Under the pieces are notes generated by a model. It was not told the origin of the DNA and did no database searches. It was given only the letters and a program-made list of their open reading frames with translations. From the IMG/VR virus record IMGVR_UViG_3300013383_000026, positions 21,954 to 85,953 of that record: a stretch of DNA of 64,000 nucleotides, one strand, 5' to 3'. Position numbers and translations under genes: made by a program. This DNA comes from a virus. Lineage: Duplodnaviria > Caudoviricetes. Position 1 is the first letter of the stretch; every line of letters begins with the position of its first letter. This document shows positions 27,601 through 37,808 of this stretch, in pieces.

Positions 27601-30600
27601 GTTTTCATTCATTGCGGAATTTTGTGAATCATAGGCCGTATTAGTGGCATTTATAGCCGCTTGGAAGTTATTCATGACTGCGCCAAATACTTCAAACTGG
27701 TTCTTACCAGCATAAGCCAATGCTATAGACTGCTGTTCAGAACTTGACATATTATCCCAGTCGGATTTCAAATCCTTGAATATCTGGAATGTCGATTTCA
27801 TATCTCCCGTGGTTTCATCCATTAGAGATAAAGATTTTGTTACGCCGCCAACTTTATATTCAATTTCTCCTGCATCATTGGCGGCCGAAGCAAAGTTGTT
27901 ACCGATGGTTCTAAGCAATTAATTTCTCATATGTTTCCATATAAGTCAGACTATTTCTTCACCCTCAACATTACTTGTAGGGGCAACCCGTTTTGCTTTC
28001 GCTACTCTATAAAAGATAGTCGTTTGACACATCCCTATTCGGGACTTTGCGACCAAACACCCATTGCTACGATACTTAGGCTTTTGACCATATACCATCT
28101 CTATTGTTGTTTTACTTTCGTTACATTCATATTTGCATATTTCATCAAATATTGTAGTAATAGAGCTTTAGGGGTTACTGGTTTTAGGGTTGTGCTTAAA
28201 TGCACATTACTGTACATTGGGGGCTATAATTCCATCGTAATTATTGTTACCCTCGTGCAACTTTTGTGGCTTGTCCGGTCATAATTTCCGTGCCTGCCGT
28301 AACTACATTTGTTATTAATAGAAGGTCGTTAATCTTCTATGAATTGTATAATTTTTTCTTTATAAGTTTCGTCTTGTATATCTTTATAACTTATTCTTAA
28401 TAACGGGATATTCCATTGTTTGCAATACTCGTTTTTTATAATATCGTGCTTTTGTGTGGCTTCAAAAGTTTTTTGAGCAACTTCATTGCTAATTTGATTA
28501 AAATTACATGGCTTAAAATGTCCCTCTCCATCAACCTCTATTAGCCCCTGATTTTTCTCTATCCAGAAATCAAAAGGCAAAGGGATGACATCTTTACATG
28601 AATTTATTCTATATTGATAAATATATCTTATATTATTATCATCTAAGAATTGCTTAACAATTCTTTCGTATCTTGAGCTACTTTTTGCACATTTATCACA
28701 AGTTATTTTGCCCTGATAAAAAGAAGAAATTGATGTTGTAAATATATCGCCACATTGACATCGGCATTTTATACCTTGCCGCGTCCATTTTTTATCATCA
28801 CAAAAATCAATAACCTCGGATTTTATACCTCTGGTTCGGGCATAAAGATTAGCATTATAGATATAATTCTTTTTATTGGTTCTAACATCAAAAATAGCTA
28901 TTTGACGGCCTGATTTTAGTTTATTATAAGAAATAAAACCCTTATAACCATCCTTATCCTCGACCTCTAAATATTCATTTCTTAAAAAGAACTCTGGCTC
29001 ATTTAGAACTGTATATCCTTTAGCTCTAAAAAATTCCAATGTCTCCTGTTTGTCTTTACGATGTGATTTTCCGCGATTTTTTATAGCACATTTATTACAT
29101 TCAGAAACATATGTTAACGTTTGAAGATTATCCCACGTTTTATTAAACACATTTCCACATTTACATCGCATAGTTATTAGGACTCGTTTGTGCTTTGATT
29201 TGGTTATTATTTCTATGCTTAATATTTCAGCATTGGGGTCTTTCTTCTTTATAAATGTTTCTATATTTTCTTTCCAAAAAGGATTGGATAGAGAAAAGAA
29301 CCTTTTACTCGTAGACTTGCCTTGCTTATGCGTAATATCTACGACACTACACCAACTCTTCAACCCATCTTTTTCACAACAAATATTTTGCTGAGTATTT
29401 ATATATTCTTCTTCAGGTGTTAAAATATGATAGCCAAATTTATTCAATCTTTCCTTAATTTCTTCATAACTTAATTTATCCAATTATACAACTCCTCATA
29501 CCTTTCGTATAAGATTAGATTATATCTTACATTCTTTAATAGAATGTCAACCCATTTCCCCAAACTTTTGGGTATGCCACTAACGACAATGGACTTACTA
29601 ATCGTTGAACCTTCATCTAGTATCTATAGATGCTTGGCTGCTGATTGCCCAATCCTTATCTTTGTCACCATACCAAGTTCATTGCGCTTGCCGTTATAAT
29701 ATTTCTATTATAATTTGGTAGATAAGGCTCTAAGGGGTTCCCAGTCAATTAGGGTTGTTTTAATAGACCAAGTTTTAGCCTATGGTTTGTTCAAAATCAT
29801 TGCCCAAAACGCCCATTGCAGAGCTGGTTTTAGACAGAGCCGTAGCAACATCCGTAGACGAAACAGCAAAATTATTACTGACGGCATTGATACTATCTAT
29901 AATGTGAATCGCGTCCTCAGCAGGAATATTGAACGCCTTCATTTGAGATATTATAATCGCCGCACTATCACTTGCAGATATTGCATCATCAGCAACGTTC
30001 TGGTATAATGTTGCTACTTGTGCCAGAGTCGCGGAATCTTCATCATTGAATGAGTTTTTGCGAAATTCCAATAAATGTTCAGTAAGTTCGTTAAGCTTAC
30101 CAGCAGCACTACCCGCATCTTATAGTTTCCTACAAGTTCAGACTATATCTTTATCTATTAACAAATAGATATGGGGCGCTTCGATTTCACTTGAAACCTA
30201 CAGATATTATTTCAATCTTAGTCGTTGAACCTTCCAATAACTCAATATTGGCTTGGCTGCTGATTACCCAATTCTTACAATTATCACGCTTTGGTATGTA
30301 AGACTCTAAGGGTTTCCCAGCAATTCACCCCATTCATTATATATGTTGCCATATACTCAACCAAATTATTTAGTTGCTGCCTCAATCATTTCTGACTGAT
30401 TAATTAAGGCCAAAAATAATGTTCATCAAAAAATTCACCATACTGCTCAAGCCCCTCTTCCTCATCAGTTTTTATTTGAGTCCCAGAAGAAGTATGCTTA
30501 TTACTGTCATTTGTTTTGGGCTTTGTAACTAATGAATGTATAATACTTGCAAAAAATGTAATATACACAACCGGCACAATAATCACTACAACAATAATCA

Positions 30601-31837
30601 CCATAAACATATAATCAACCTCCTTTGGTTGATTCGACTATAACACATAATGAATCTTTTGTCAAGTAGTTTTCAATTACTTATCGACTATTTCTTCATC
30701 CCATAAATTGGTGGACTGCTCTGTATAGTCTGTTGACACATCCCTCATCAGGACTTCGCGCCCAATCTGCCCTTTTGTCCCGTTTATTATATAATATTCG
30801 TGACATAATACTTAGGTCTTTCGACCATATATCATCCTTGCCGTTTTATTGATTTCTCACCATGTAATTGCATGATTTTATATTATATGGAGAAAATCTA
30901 CGCATTTTTTACAGCGAGGTTATGTGTACTTCAACACATTTCTCCAACGACTTTTATACAAATTTACATATTTTCACACTTAGGCTTATCTCATCCTTAT
31001 GTTGTAGTGACAAGGCTCTTGAGGCTTTCAAGGGTTTAGGAGCTATTCTTCGTGCTGGTTTACCATCCCATCACGGCGGCTCAGAAAAGTTAACCGCTAC
31101 GTCCAACTTGCTTACCCATATCGGCAAGCTTTTTCGTATAATTATCTAACGACTTACCAGACAAGTCAGAGACTTTCTTAACGTTATATTCAGCACAGTT
31201 CGCTACACCATGCCCGTCTTATTGACCGCTTTATATCTCTATAAAGACTAGACTATATCTTCATCTTATTAAAGATGTCTGCCGCTGTCTTGCGCTTGCA
31301 AGCACTTAGTCGTTGAGCCTTCTTCATAATTATATCACATCGCCACATATAAATCAATATAATTTTAGAAGCTTGGTTGCTGATTGCCCATTATTATAAC
31401 ACTTAGGATTTAACCATATGTCATGCTCATACTTTTTTCTGCTTTCGCCACTATCACATCCATCATTTCTAATCATGCTGTAGTGTATAAGCCTTTAGGG
31501 GTTTCCAGCAATTCGACAGATATTTGTTCTATTATTTCACAATAATAGTGAGCTATTTTGTTAACTCTGTTTGTGCAGAATCTAACTTCTTTGTCTGTTC
31601 GGCCATACTAGTTATTGCTTTGGCACAGTTATCTAATATGAGTCTGTACTGTTGATAAGTTAAACCAGCGGCCTTGGCGCTTTCACTGGCCTTTTCTGTC
31701 GCTTCGCCCAGTTTCCCAACTTCTTCAGTACCACTCGCCTTAACCGTTAACTTGCTTTGCTTTTCTTGTAGTTTAGCATCAATCTCGCTAGTATCAAGGT
31801 CAACGCCAACTTTAATTTTCCATGCACTATTCGCCAA
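24655..31837 (-). CDS. tape-measure protein (TP901-type core), six exons, ~1331 aa when spliced
   Basis: Exons 31837-31564, 31181-31093, 30395-30372, 30068-29777, 28305-28250 and 27915-24655 sum to 3996 nt in one frame. Junction peptides TEFKKVSDL, GRSGSEMIEAATEFRKNSF, QTIGLVTAGTE, KVARGLRTIG. Confidence 0.85.
27916..28249 (-). mobile_element. group I intron 5 of tape-measure gene (ORF-less, atypical 5' junction)
   Basis: R TCAAACGACTAT and S AAGAAATAGTCTG (P7 GACUA/UAGUC). In-frame join is CGAGGG|TAAC...AATTG|CTTAGA. Confidence 0.8.
28306..29776 (-). mobile_element. group I intron 4 of tape-measure gene with homing endonuclease
   Basis: Canonical GGCT|AAAAC...AAATG|TAGTT; P1 AUAGGCU/GGUCUAU; R GTTCAACGATTAG, S AAGATATAATCT; ORF lies 3' of P7. 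Confidence 0.85.
28329..29483 (-). CDS. intron-encoded Vsr/PD-(D/E)xK-like (EDxHD-type) homing endonuclease
   Basis: Repeated CxC/CxxC modules plus C-terminal LPFDF...LIEVDGEGH...KHD...LLRI. Confidence 0.75.
   Translation of the reverse strand: MDKLSYEEIKERLNKFGYHILTPEEEYINTQQNICCEKDGLKSWCSVVDITHKQGKSTSKRFFSLSNPFWKENIETFIKKKDPNAEILSIEIITKSKHKRVLITMRCKCGNVFNKTWDNLQTLTYVSECNKCAIKNRGKSHRKDKQETLEFFRAKGYTVLNEPEFFLRNEYLEVEDKDGYKGFISYNKLKSGRQIAIFDVRTNKKNYIYNANLYARTRGIKSEVIDFCDDKKWTRQGIKCRCQCGDIFTTSISSFYQGKITCDKCAKSSSRYERIVKQFLDDNNIRYIYQYRINSCKDVIPLPFDFWIEKNQGLIEVDGEGHFKPCNFNQISNEVAQKTFEATQKHDIIKNEYCKQWNIPLLRISYKDIQDETYKEKIIQFIED
30069..30371 (-). mobile_element. group I intron 3 of tape-measure gene (ORF-less)
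   Basis: Canonical GCAACT|AAAT...TATTG|GAATTT; P1 CAACU/GGUUG; R GTTCAACGACTAA, S AAGATATAGTCTG. Confidence 0.85.
30404..30610 (-). CDS. intron-borne single-pass membrane protein (68 aa)
   Basis: Hydrophobic N-terminus MFMVIIVVVIIVPVVYITFFASIIHSLV, acidic tail; RBS AAAGGAGG; own promoter. Confidence 0.7.
   Translation of the reverse strand: MFMVIIVVVIIVPVVYITFFASIIHSLVTKPKTNDSNKHTSSGTQIKTDEEEGLEQYGEFFDEHYFWP
30637..30665 (-). promoter_or_regulatory. sigma-A-type promoter inside intron
   Basis: TTGACA-17 nt-TATAGT with extended TG. Confidence 0.7.
31182..31563 (-). mobile_element. group I intron 1 of tape-measure gene (ORF-less)
   Basis: Canonical GAGT|TAAC...TAACG|TTAAG; P1 GAGU/GCUC; R CTCAACGACTAA, S GAAGATATAGTCT. 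Confidence 0.85.
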
Positions 31838-31852
31838 TATCCATCACACTCC

Positions 31853-32386
31853 TTATTGTGATTTATTCTCTTGGCTACGTCTATATTTTACAATTTGACT
31901 ATAAGCTATAAGTATGCCCTCGGCAATATCATCATCATTTAATTTGCTTTTAGGCGAAACCCAATTAAGCTTAATGCCAAACTCATCATTCACCGTCTGT
32001 ACGGCTTTCTGTTTAAGTATATCTCTTTGTAATCCTTGTCGAGTACCATCATATAAGTCAAGCTCTTTTCGCCAATGAACGGGTAAAAGAAATATTGGTT
32101 TACAATTATATTGACTACATAAAGCCAATATCATACCTTGCATAGCGCCTAATTTTACCAATGTTGACGAGCCGGGCTTTAATGGCACATCTTCTACATA
32201 CGCCTTTATTGGGTGGTATTTGCGTATTATATCACCCAATGATGTTGCTTGTTCTTCTATACGTTCTCGCCAATCTTTATTCTTTGGCTTAATTTTGCCG
32301 TATGCTATAAGACCAGATTTATCAAATATACTATATCCAGTACAAGATGTAGATAAATCTAAGCCCATAATACAATTACTTCTCAT
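31853..32386 (-). CDS. RuvC-like Holliday junction resolvase
   Basis: MGLDLSTSCTGYSI, YVED, LGAMQG, DDIAEGI acidic catalytic motifs. Confidence 0.75.
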   Translation of the reverse strand: MRSNCIMGLDLSTSCTGYSIFDKSGLIAYGKIKPKNKDWRERIEEQATSLGDIIRKYHPIKAYVEDVPLKPGSSTLVKLGAMQGMILALCSQYNCKPIFLLPVHWRKELDLYDGTRQGLQRDILKQKAVQTVNDEFGIKLNWVSPKSKLNDDDIAEGILIAYSQIVKYRRSQENKSQ

Positions 32387-32884
32387 TTAATCCTCATGCG
32401 ATGTTTTAACCGGGTCGCCACTCGCTTTCTTTATAGGTAGTCCAGCCCGTTTCATACCACGCTGATATAATTCAACTATTTTATTTTTACTGAACCATTT
32501 ATCTGTTTTCCTCCATGCGTTACGCTTAGTTGGCCTATGAAACAAACCCGGCCCACTTTGATATATTAAATCTGCCATTTCATCAGCCATTGATTCTCCA
32601 TATATATCAGTGTGTTGCAAATCATCGGCATTAACAGATAAATTGCTTGGCTCAAAATAAAATTCGCCTTCAACTGATTTGCCAGATTTTGAGTGGTCTA
32701 TATCCCAAGCCAACTTAAAATCATCTGTGCGCTTATAAACATCGGGTGAATAAGCATCATAAACTGTTTTTTGCACTCGCTTTTCGTTCTCTATGAGCAA
32801 TTCGCCCATCATATAATTCATAGCTTGGTCAAGTCTATCAGTTGCGGCTTCGGATAATTCTTCATCGTTTTCAAACGTTGGCAT
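32387..32884 (-). CDS. hypothetical tail-region protein
   Basis: Context; VYDAYSPDVYKRT motif seen in HK97 gp10-like neck proteins (weak). Confidence 0.45.
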   Translation of the reverse strand: MPTFENDEELSEAATDRLDQAMNYMMGELLIENEKRVQKTVYDAYSPDVYKRTDDFKLAWDIDHSKSGKSVEGEFYFEPSNLSVNADDLQHTDIYGESMADEMADLIYQSGPGLFHRPTKRNAWRKTDKWFSKNKIVELYQRGMKRAGLPIKKASGDPVKTSHED

Positions 32885-33308
32885 TTCCGATAACGTCCTT
32901 AATGCCTATACCTTTAAGCTGTTCAAGTAATTCAGGTATATTTTGAGCTATATCAGCTATCATCCTAACAGGCGATTCATAATGCTTAATCGCGTCGTAA
33001 ATATCAGAGAAGTTAATTATATGCAACATAACTTCGCTATAAAGCCCACTACTTGCAACCATATCGGGGTCGAGTTCTTCAATCTTACTCTCGCCAATAT
33101 CAGTCGCATAGCACAGCACTTTATAGCAAATCATCTGCTCGCGCTCAAGCCAAGTGCCAAGATTAATCACGGTCTTAGCAATATCTTCAACTTGCGTCGG
33201 TGTTAAATAAGGATTAACTTTAACATCGTATTCTTCGAGATATACTTTCTTTGCTTTTAATTCCTTCATTTCCTTTTGTCTCCTTTTATTTCTCAAACTT
33301 GTAGCCAT
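32871..33308 (-). CDS. hypothetical protein, possible tail assembly chaperone
   Basis: Position between major tail and tape-measure genes. Confidence 0.45.
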   Translation of the reverse strand: MATSLRNKRRQKEMKELKAKKVYLEEYDVKVNPYLTPTQVEDIAKTVINLGTWLEREQMICYKVLCYATDIGESKIEELDPDMVASSGLYSEVMLHIINFSDIYDAIKHYESPVRMIADIAQNIPELLEQLKGIGIKDVIGNANV

Positions 33309-33591
33309 TCTTTATTTTCTTTACTTTTACATATTGAGGAATATCATCAAAGGGATTGTCATAAGGTCTAACAACTCCATCCATATTAATATATAGTTTT
33401 CCATGCCGAACAAATTCTACTTTAGTATAACCCTTCGGCACATCAATCATTTCATCGCTCATATACTTACATACCTCTTTGGCTCGGCTTATTTCTTTCC
33501 AACCCATTATCTTATCACACCAATACATAGCAATACATACATCATTTAATTTCTTGCATTTATTGCCATCATATCTATATTGACAACTCAT
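33286..33591 (-). CDS. Cys-containing hypothetical protein
   Basis: RBS and operon context. Confidence 0.5.
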   Translation of the reverse strand: MSCQYRYDGNKCKKLNDVCIAMYWCDKIMGWKEISRAKEVCKYMSDEMIDVPKGYTKVEFVRHGKLYINMDGVVRPYDNPFDDIPQYVKVKKIKNGYKFEK

Positions 33592-33608
33592 TATTATCTC
33601 CTTAAAAA

Positions 33609-33640
33609 ATAAGGAGGCTAGAATCGACTAACCTCCTTAT
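33609..33640 (-). terminator. intrinsic terminator after major tail gene
   Basis: ATAAGGAGG / CCTCCTTAT inverted repeat followed by a T tract on the minus strand. Confidence 0.65.
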
Positions 33641-33654
33641 AAATTAATTCTTAT

Positions 33655-36389
33655 TTAACCGACAGTAACAGTCGCATATGCAACTATATCGGCATAGCCG
33701 GTAAGCGTTGCAGAAATAACAGTATCTCCATCAGTAGCGCTCGCCGTAATCTCACCAGTACTAGCATCAACAGTCGCGGACGAACCAGACTGCACTGCAA
33801 AAGTAAGGTTGCTGTTGTCAATACGCGCAGAAGCGACAGAGCCGCCATAAACCGCACGAACAATCAGAGTCTCCTTAGCGCCCTGAGCAAGCTCAATGTC
33901 TGCATTCTCAATGGCAAGAGCAACAACATCATCTTTCCAGTTCGCGCCAAAAATTTCCTCAGTTATAGTGCCGTAGTACGGGTCCTCCTCGCAACTATCG
34001 CCAGCTTCAACACCAAGGGCATTGCCAGTCAGAGAAACAGTGGCAGCAGAAGTTGCAGTTAAATTAAGGTCTTGATTCTAATATGTTCACATAAGTTCGC
34101 TACGCTTATGCAGTTCTCTTATGAACTTCTTATGCTTTCACATAAGTACAGACTATATCTTCATCTTGTTTATTCATATCTATATACACAATGCTGTGAT
34201 TATGAACCAAATAATCAACAGCTCTTTTTATAGTATCTTCATCGGGCAATTCATCATATTTATTGCCCTTAATTCTTAGTATCTTATATCCTTGTTTTAA
34301 TACACACCCATTGCGCCGATTATCATATAACTCTCTCTTATTATGGTAATATGCACCGTCATATTCAACATCTATTAAAATATTATCCGCTTTTAACAAG
34401 CAGTCAAAATTAACTCTATCTAATGGATATGCAGGAATACAATTATCTTCGCCATATAATCTTGCCAATATGTCACATAACTTTCGTTCGGGCTTAGAAG
34501 TTGGAGCTGTGCCGTGCTCGTAAAAAGATTGCGTCACTTTTCGCATTATCTCATCAGACTGCAATGCATGTTTAACGCCATATTTCTCAAGCATTGTTTG
34601 TTTGCCACGTTCCCTAACTTCTTTAGCTTGTAAAGTATATTCTACGCCGTACTTATCTAAACTTTTTTGCCTCTTTTTATCCTTAACAGCTTCTATTTGA
34701 GACATATTGTCCACGCCATAACGTTCCTGCATGGTAGATTTATGTTTATGCCATTGGCATGAATCACAGGCCAGTAAACCAGTTTTTATGCTATGTAAAT
34801 ATAACTTATACATTAACTTATATGGCCCACCACAATAATCACAAATACAATTCACCATTACATGACTTCCACTGGTTAAATCTTTAGCTTTAGCTTCAAA
34901 CTCATCGCCCATTTTAGTAAAACGATAGCCTCTTTTGACATAATGAGATTTTATCTTAGAATTCCATTTAACTAAAACAAGCTGATTTTCATCAAACATT
35001 TATTCACTTCTTCTTGGTTCAAATTTATAAAATAAACAAGAGCAGTATTTTTCGACTACGCTAGTAGCCTACTCTCCCCTAAGGAGATAGTCGTTGGGGG
35101 TTCTCCATGTATATTATATTATATAGCTTAATATAAGTCAATAATATATTTAGGAGCTTCCTTGCTAAACACCCATTGTAAATAACACTTAGGACGTATA
35201 TTATTATAAATATACGCTTTTATTTCACCATATGTCATCCCACGATTTTTTCTGCTTTCGCACCATTCAGCATATTGTTTCCAATTACTGTTTAGGTTGT
35301 GGGCTTTAGGGATTAAAAGCATTTAACACTGAATCTGCACCAATCACTTGATACAGAGGGCAAATCACCCGTCCAGCTGGAAAGAGGGAATATCAGTAAT
35401 CAGACGTCCATACTTACTTGCATTCGCAACATCCTTAGTATCACCAGAAAACAGGTCATTAAGAATAACAACATGAAGCGTCTTAGGCACATACTGAGTA
35501 TTGATAGTAATGTGACGCGCATTCAGATTCTGATAGAAATACTTAATGCAATAGCTGTCACCGGCCTGATAGTTAGGAATAGTAATCTTATTGCCAACAA
35601 TATTTGCAATGGTCCAATAGTTATCAGAGGGTTTCTTATACCAACCAATAATGGAGCCATTAAATGCAACAGCAGTATTAGTAAGCGTAATTACGCCACC
35701 AGTGCCAATCGTCTCGCCCTGAGCCGGGGACTCATAGACAGAAAGTCCACCCTGTTCAATATCAACACCAAGATTCGCTGCGACATATTCAAGCTTGAAC
35801 ATTGCGTCCGTGAGCGTAATTGCGAGATTGCTATCATGGAAATGCTTGCCAAACAGCGCATTACCGCTACCGCCACGAATCTCTTCATTGGCTATACTAA
35901 AATTAAAGGTGCTCTCAGTTAAGGTCTTTGCATAATTTTCACATAAGTTCGTTAGGCTTATGCCGTTTATTCGAGCAAAATAAACTGCTCATGCCTTCAC
36001 ATGAGATAAGACTATATGTTCTTCTTATTTGTTCATATAAGAAGTGGATTTTTCAGGGCACTTGCCCCTACTCCCTCGCAAAGGGATAGTCGTTGAGCGT
36101 TTCCCTTATCTTTATAGACTTAGGGATTTCGTTGCTGAAGACCCATTGTATAGATACTTAGGATTTAACCATATATCCATCTTACAACTTTTTTCTACTT
36201 TCGTAACCATTCAGCTTGTCATTTCTAACTACTGTTTAGGTATGTAAGCTTTAGGGATTGCCAGCATTTAACCCAAAGTACACACTTTTCACAAAATGTG
36301 CATGGCCATTATTTTACCACACCTATAAGATTATTAGAATCGAAGAGGAGTGCGCGACCGACACCCGCCAGAAAATGATTCTGAGCCAT
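33655..36389 (-). CDS. major tail protein with C-terminal Ig-like domain, three exons, ~352 aa spliced
   Basis: Exons 36389-36317 (MAQNHFLAGVGRALLFDSNNLIGV), 35930-35368 and 34077-33655 (NQDLNLTATSAATVSLTGNAL...VTVG*) total 1059 nt. Exons 1 and 3 are absent from the ORF track. Confidence 0.8.
34130..34999 (-). CDS. intron-encoded Vsr/EDxHD-like homing endonuclease
   Basis: CDYCG and CDSC zinc motifs, EKYGV repeats, DVEYDGAYYH...DNRR...GYKILRI. Confidence 0.75.
   Translation of the reverse strand: MFDENQLVLVKWNSKIKSHYVKRGYRFTKMGDEFEAKAKDLTSGSHVMVNCICDYCGGPYKLMYKLYLHSIKTGLLACDSCQWHKHKSTMQERYGVDNMSQIEAVKDKKRQKSLDKYGVEYTLQAKEVRERGKQTMLEKYGVKHALQSDEIMRKVTQSFYEHGTAPTSKPERKLCDILARLYGEDNCIPAYPLDRVNFDCLLKADNILIDVEYDGAYYHNKRELYDNRRNGCVLKQGYKILRIKGNKYDELPDEDTIKRAVDYLVHNHSIVYIDMNKQDEDIVCTYVKA
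35113..35141 (-). promoter_or_regulatory. sigma-A-type promoter inside intron upstream of the endonuclease
   Basis: TTGACT-17 nt-TATAAT. Confidence 0.55.
35931..36316 (-). mobile_element. group I intron 1 of major tail gene (ORF-less, atypical 5' junction)
   Basis: R CTCAACGACTATC, S ACATATAGTCTT; in-frame join GGTGTGG|TAAAA...TTATG|CAAAG. Confidence 0.8.
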
Positions 36390-36391
36390 TT

Positions 36392-37252
36392 TTATCCTCC
36401 TATAAATTTATCGAATTGTGAGGTTAATTCCCCACTATTATTTGTTTTGGACATAGTATGTATCATACCATCCCCACCCATAGATTTATTATAACTTTCA
36501 ACAGATGTAATATAATCGTCATACTTGCCTTTAGATTTCTTAAATATCCACTGAACATTATCAGCTTTGCCAGCATACATAGCTAACGGTTTAGTAACCA
36601 TATATTCAACTTCGCCAGACGCCTCAGAGAATAATAAGCTATGATAACGTAACGTCATAGCTAATTGTTCTGTTTTAGTTAATCCAGTATGGGCTGAAAT
36701 AATAGCCATGCGCCGTTCAAGATTAGGTGGATTAATGCCCTTAGCTTTTAATTCATCATATTCAGCCATATTCGCCTTTAATTCAGGATTGACATATTCA
36801 TCATCAAAATTAGGCAAATTCTGATAAAGAACTATTCGCTTTATATCATCAAATTCTTTAGCCGTTATAATCAGGTCTAATTTATATTCATTAGTATCTG
36901 TATCACGAACCGCATTAACTAATAAAGCGCGTCCTTTATCATCATAATCTAAATATGGCAGTTCAAAGCCAAGACATAATAGACATATATTTACTAATTG
37001 CTGCTTAGTGGCATTGTCTATTAATATCTTTTCTTTAAGAAATTTAAGATATGACATTTGGATTATTTCTACATCTGTACTAAGATTTTTATCTATATCT
37101 AAAATTCCATAACTTGTCATAAAAATCATGGAATCTTCAAGTTTAACAGGATTTATGTATAATGTTTTGCCGCATTTGAGCGGATAAGGAACTGGTTTAT
37201 CGAATGTAAAATAGGCTTCATTAAGAAAACCAATATCAACCGCCACATCCAA
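36392..37252 (-). CDS. hypothetical neck/tail-region protein
   Basis: Operon context only. Confidence 0.5.
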   Translation of the reverse strand: MDVAVDIGFLNEAYFTFDKPVPYPLKCGKTLYINPVKLEDSMIFMTSYGILDIDKNLSTDVEIIQMSYLKFLKEKILIDNATKQQLVNICLLCLGFELPYLDYDDKGRALLVNAVRDTDTNEYKLDLIITAKEFDDIKRIVLYQNLPNFDDEYVNPELKANMAEYDELKAKGINPPNLERRMAIISAHTGLTKTEQLAMTLRYHSLLFSEASGEVEYMVTKPLAMYAGKADNVQWIFKKSKGKYDDYITSVESYNKSMGGDGMIHTMSKTNNSGELTSQFDKFIGG

Positions 37253-37805
37253 CCTCCGTGCCAGAATCGCCCATTTGCGTACTTAACCACATTTGTACTC
37301 CTGTGAATGTTTTACTATTACCAATAACACTATGAGCCGCATCATATCTTGCTTGGTCATCATTAAATATTAATTTGCCTACGCCGCCGATATAAACACC
37401 ATTAAGAGTATTTAATATCTCATGGATAAACAGCGTCCCACGATTAGTAGGAATACCATTATAATCAATCAGCGCCATAGTACCGCCATATAAGAAATCA
37501 AATTCATATACAGCCGTAGATAGATATTCACTCGGACTTGCATAAACATGATAATTATATAGCTTAAATATACACTTGCTTTCACATATAGCATCCTCGA
37601 CTAAATTAGTTAAAAACACGCCATACTTTTCTTGAGTACCAGTTTTCCATAAGAAATCTAACTTTTCACCTATGGTTAAATTCGGCTTGCTCAATGCATC
37701 GTAGCCATTATATTTAAGCATCTTCCATATATTCTCATTATTAACCACAAGATATTCAAGTATCTTATATAAGCTAGTGGGTAAAGCAGATAAGCTATTA
37801 TACAT
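37236..37805 (-). CDS. putative tail terminator/completion protein
   Basis: Position upstream of the major tail gene. Confidence 0.4.
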   Translation of the reverse strand: MYNSLSALPTSLYKILEYLVVNNENIWKMLKYNGYDALSKPNLTIGEKLDFLWKTGTQEKYGVFLTNLVEDAICESKCIFKLYNYHVYASPSEYLSTAVYEFDFLYGGTMALIDYNGIPTNRGTLFIHEILNTLNGVYIGGVGKLIFNDDQARYDAAHSVIGNSKTFTGVQMWLSTQMGDSGTEVGCGG

Positions 37806-37808
37806 ACA

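Larger units (their letters stand above)
30396..31092 (-). mobile_element. group I intron 2 of tape-measure gene carrying a cargo gene
   Basis: Canonical AGCGGT|TAAC...ATCAG|TCAGAA; P1 GCGGU/GCCGC; R GTCAACAGACTAT, S GAAGAAATAGTCG. Confidence 0.8.
34078..35367 (-). mobile_element. group I intron 2 of major tail gene with homing endonuclease (atypical 5' junction)
   Basis: R CAACGACTATC, S GAAGATATAGTCTG; in-frame join GACGGG|TGATT...ATTAG|AATCAA. Confidence 0.8.

Noticed and set aside
35128-35322. 64-aa ORF inside major-tail intron 2
   Set aside because: It overlaps the P/Q ribozyme elements and the internal promoter; no RBS or motif.
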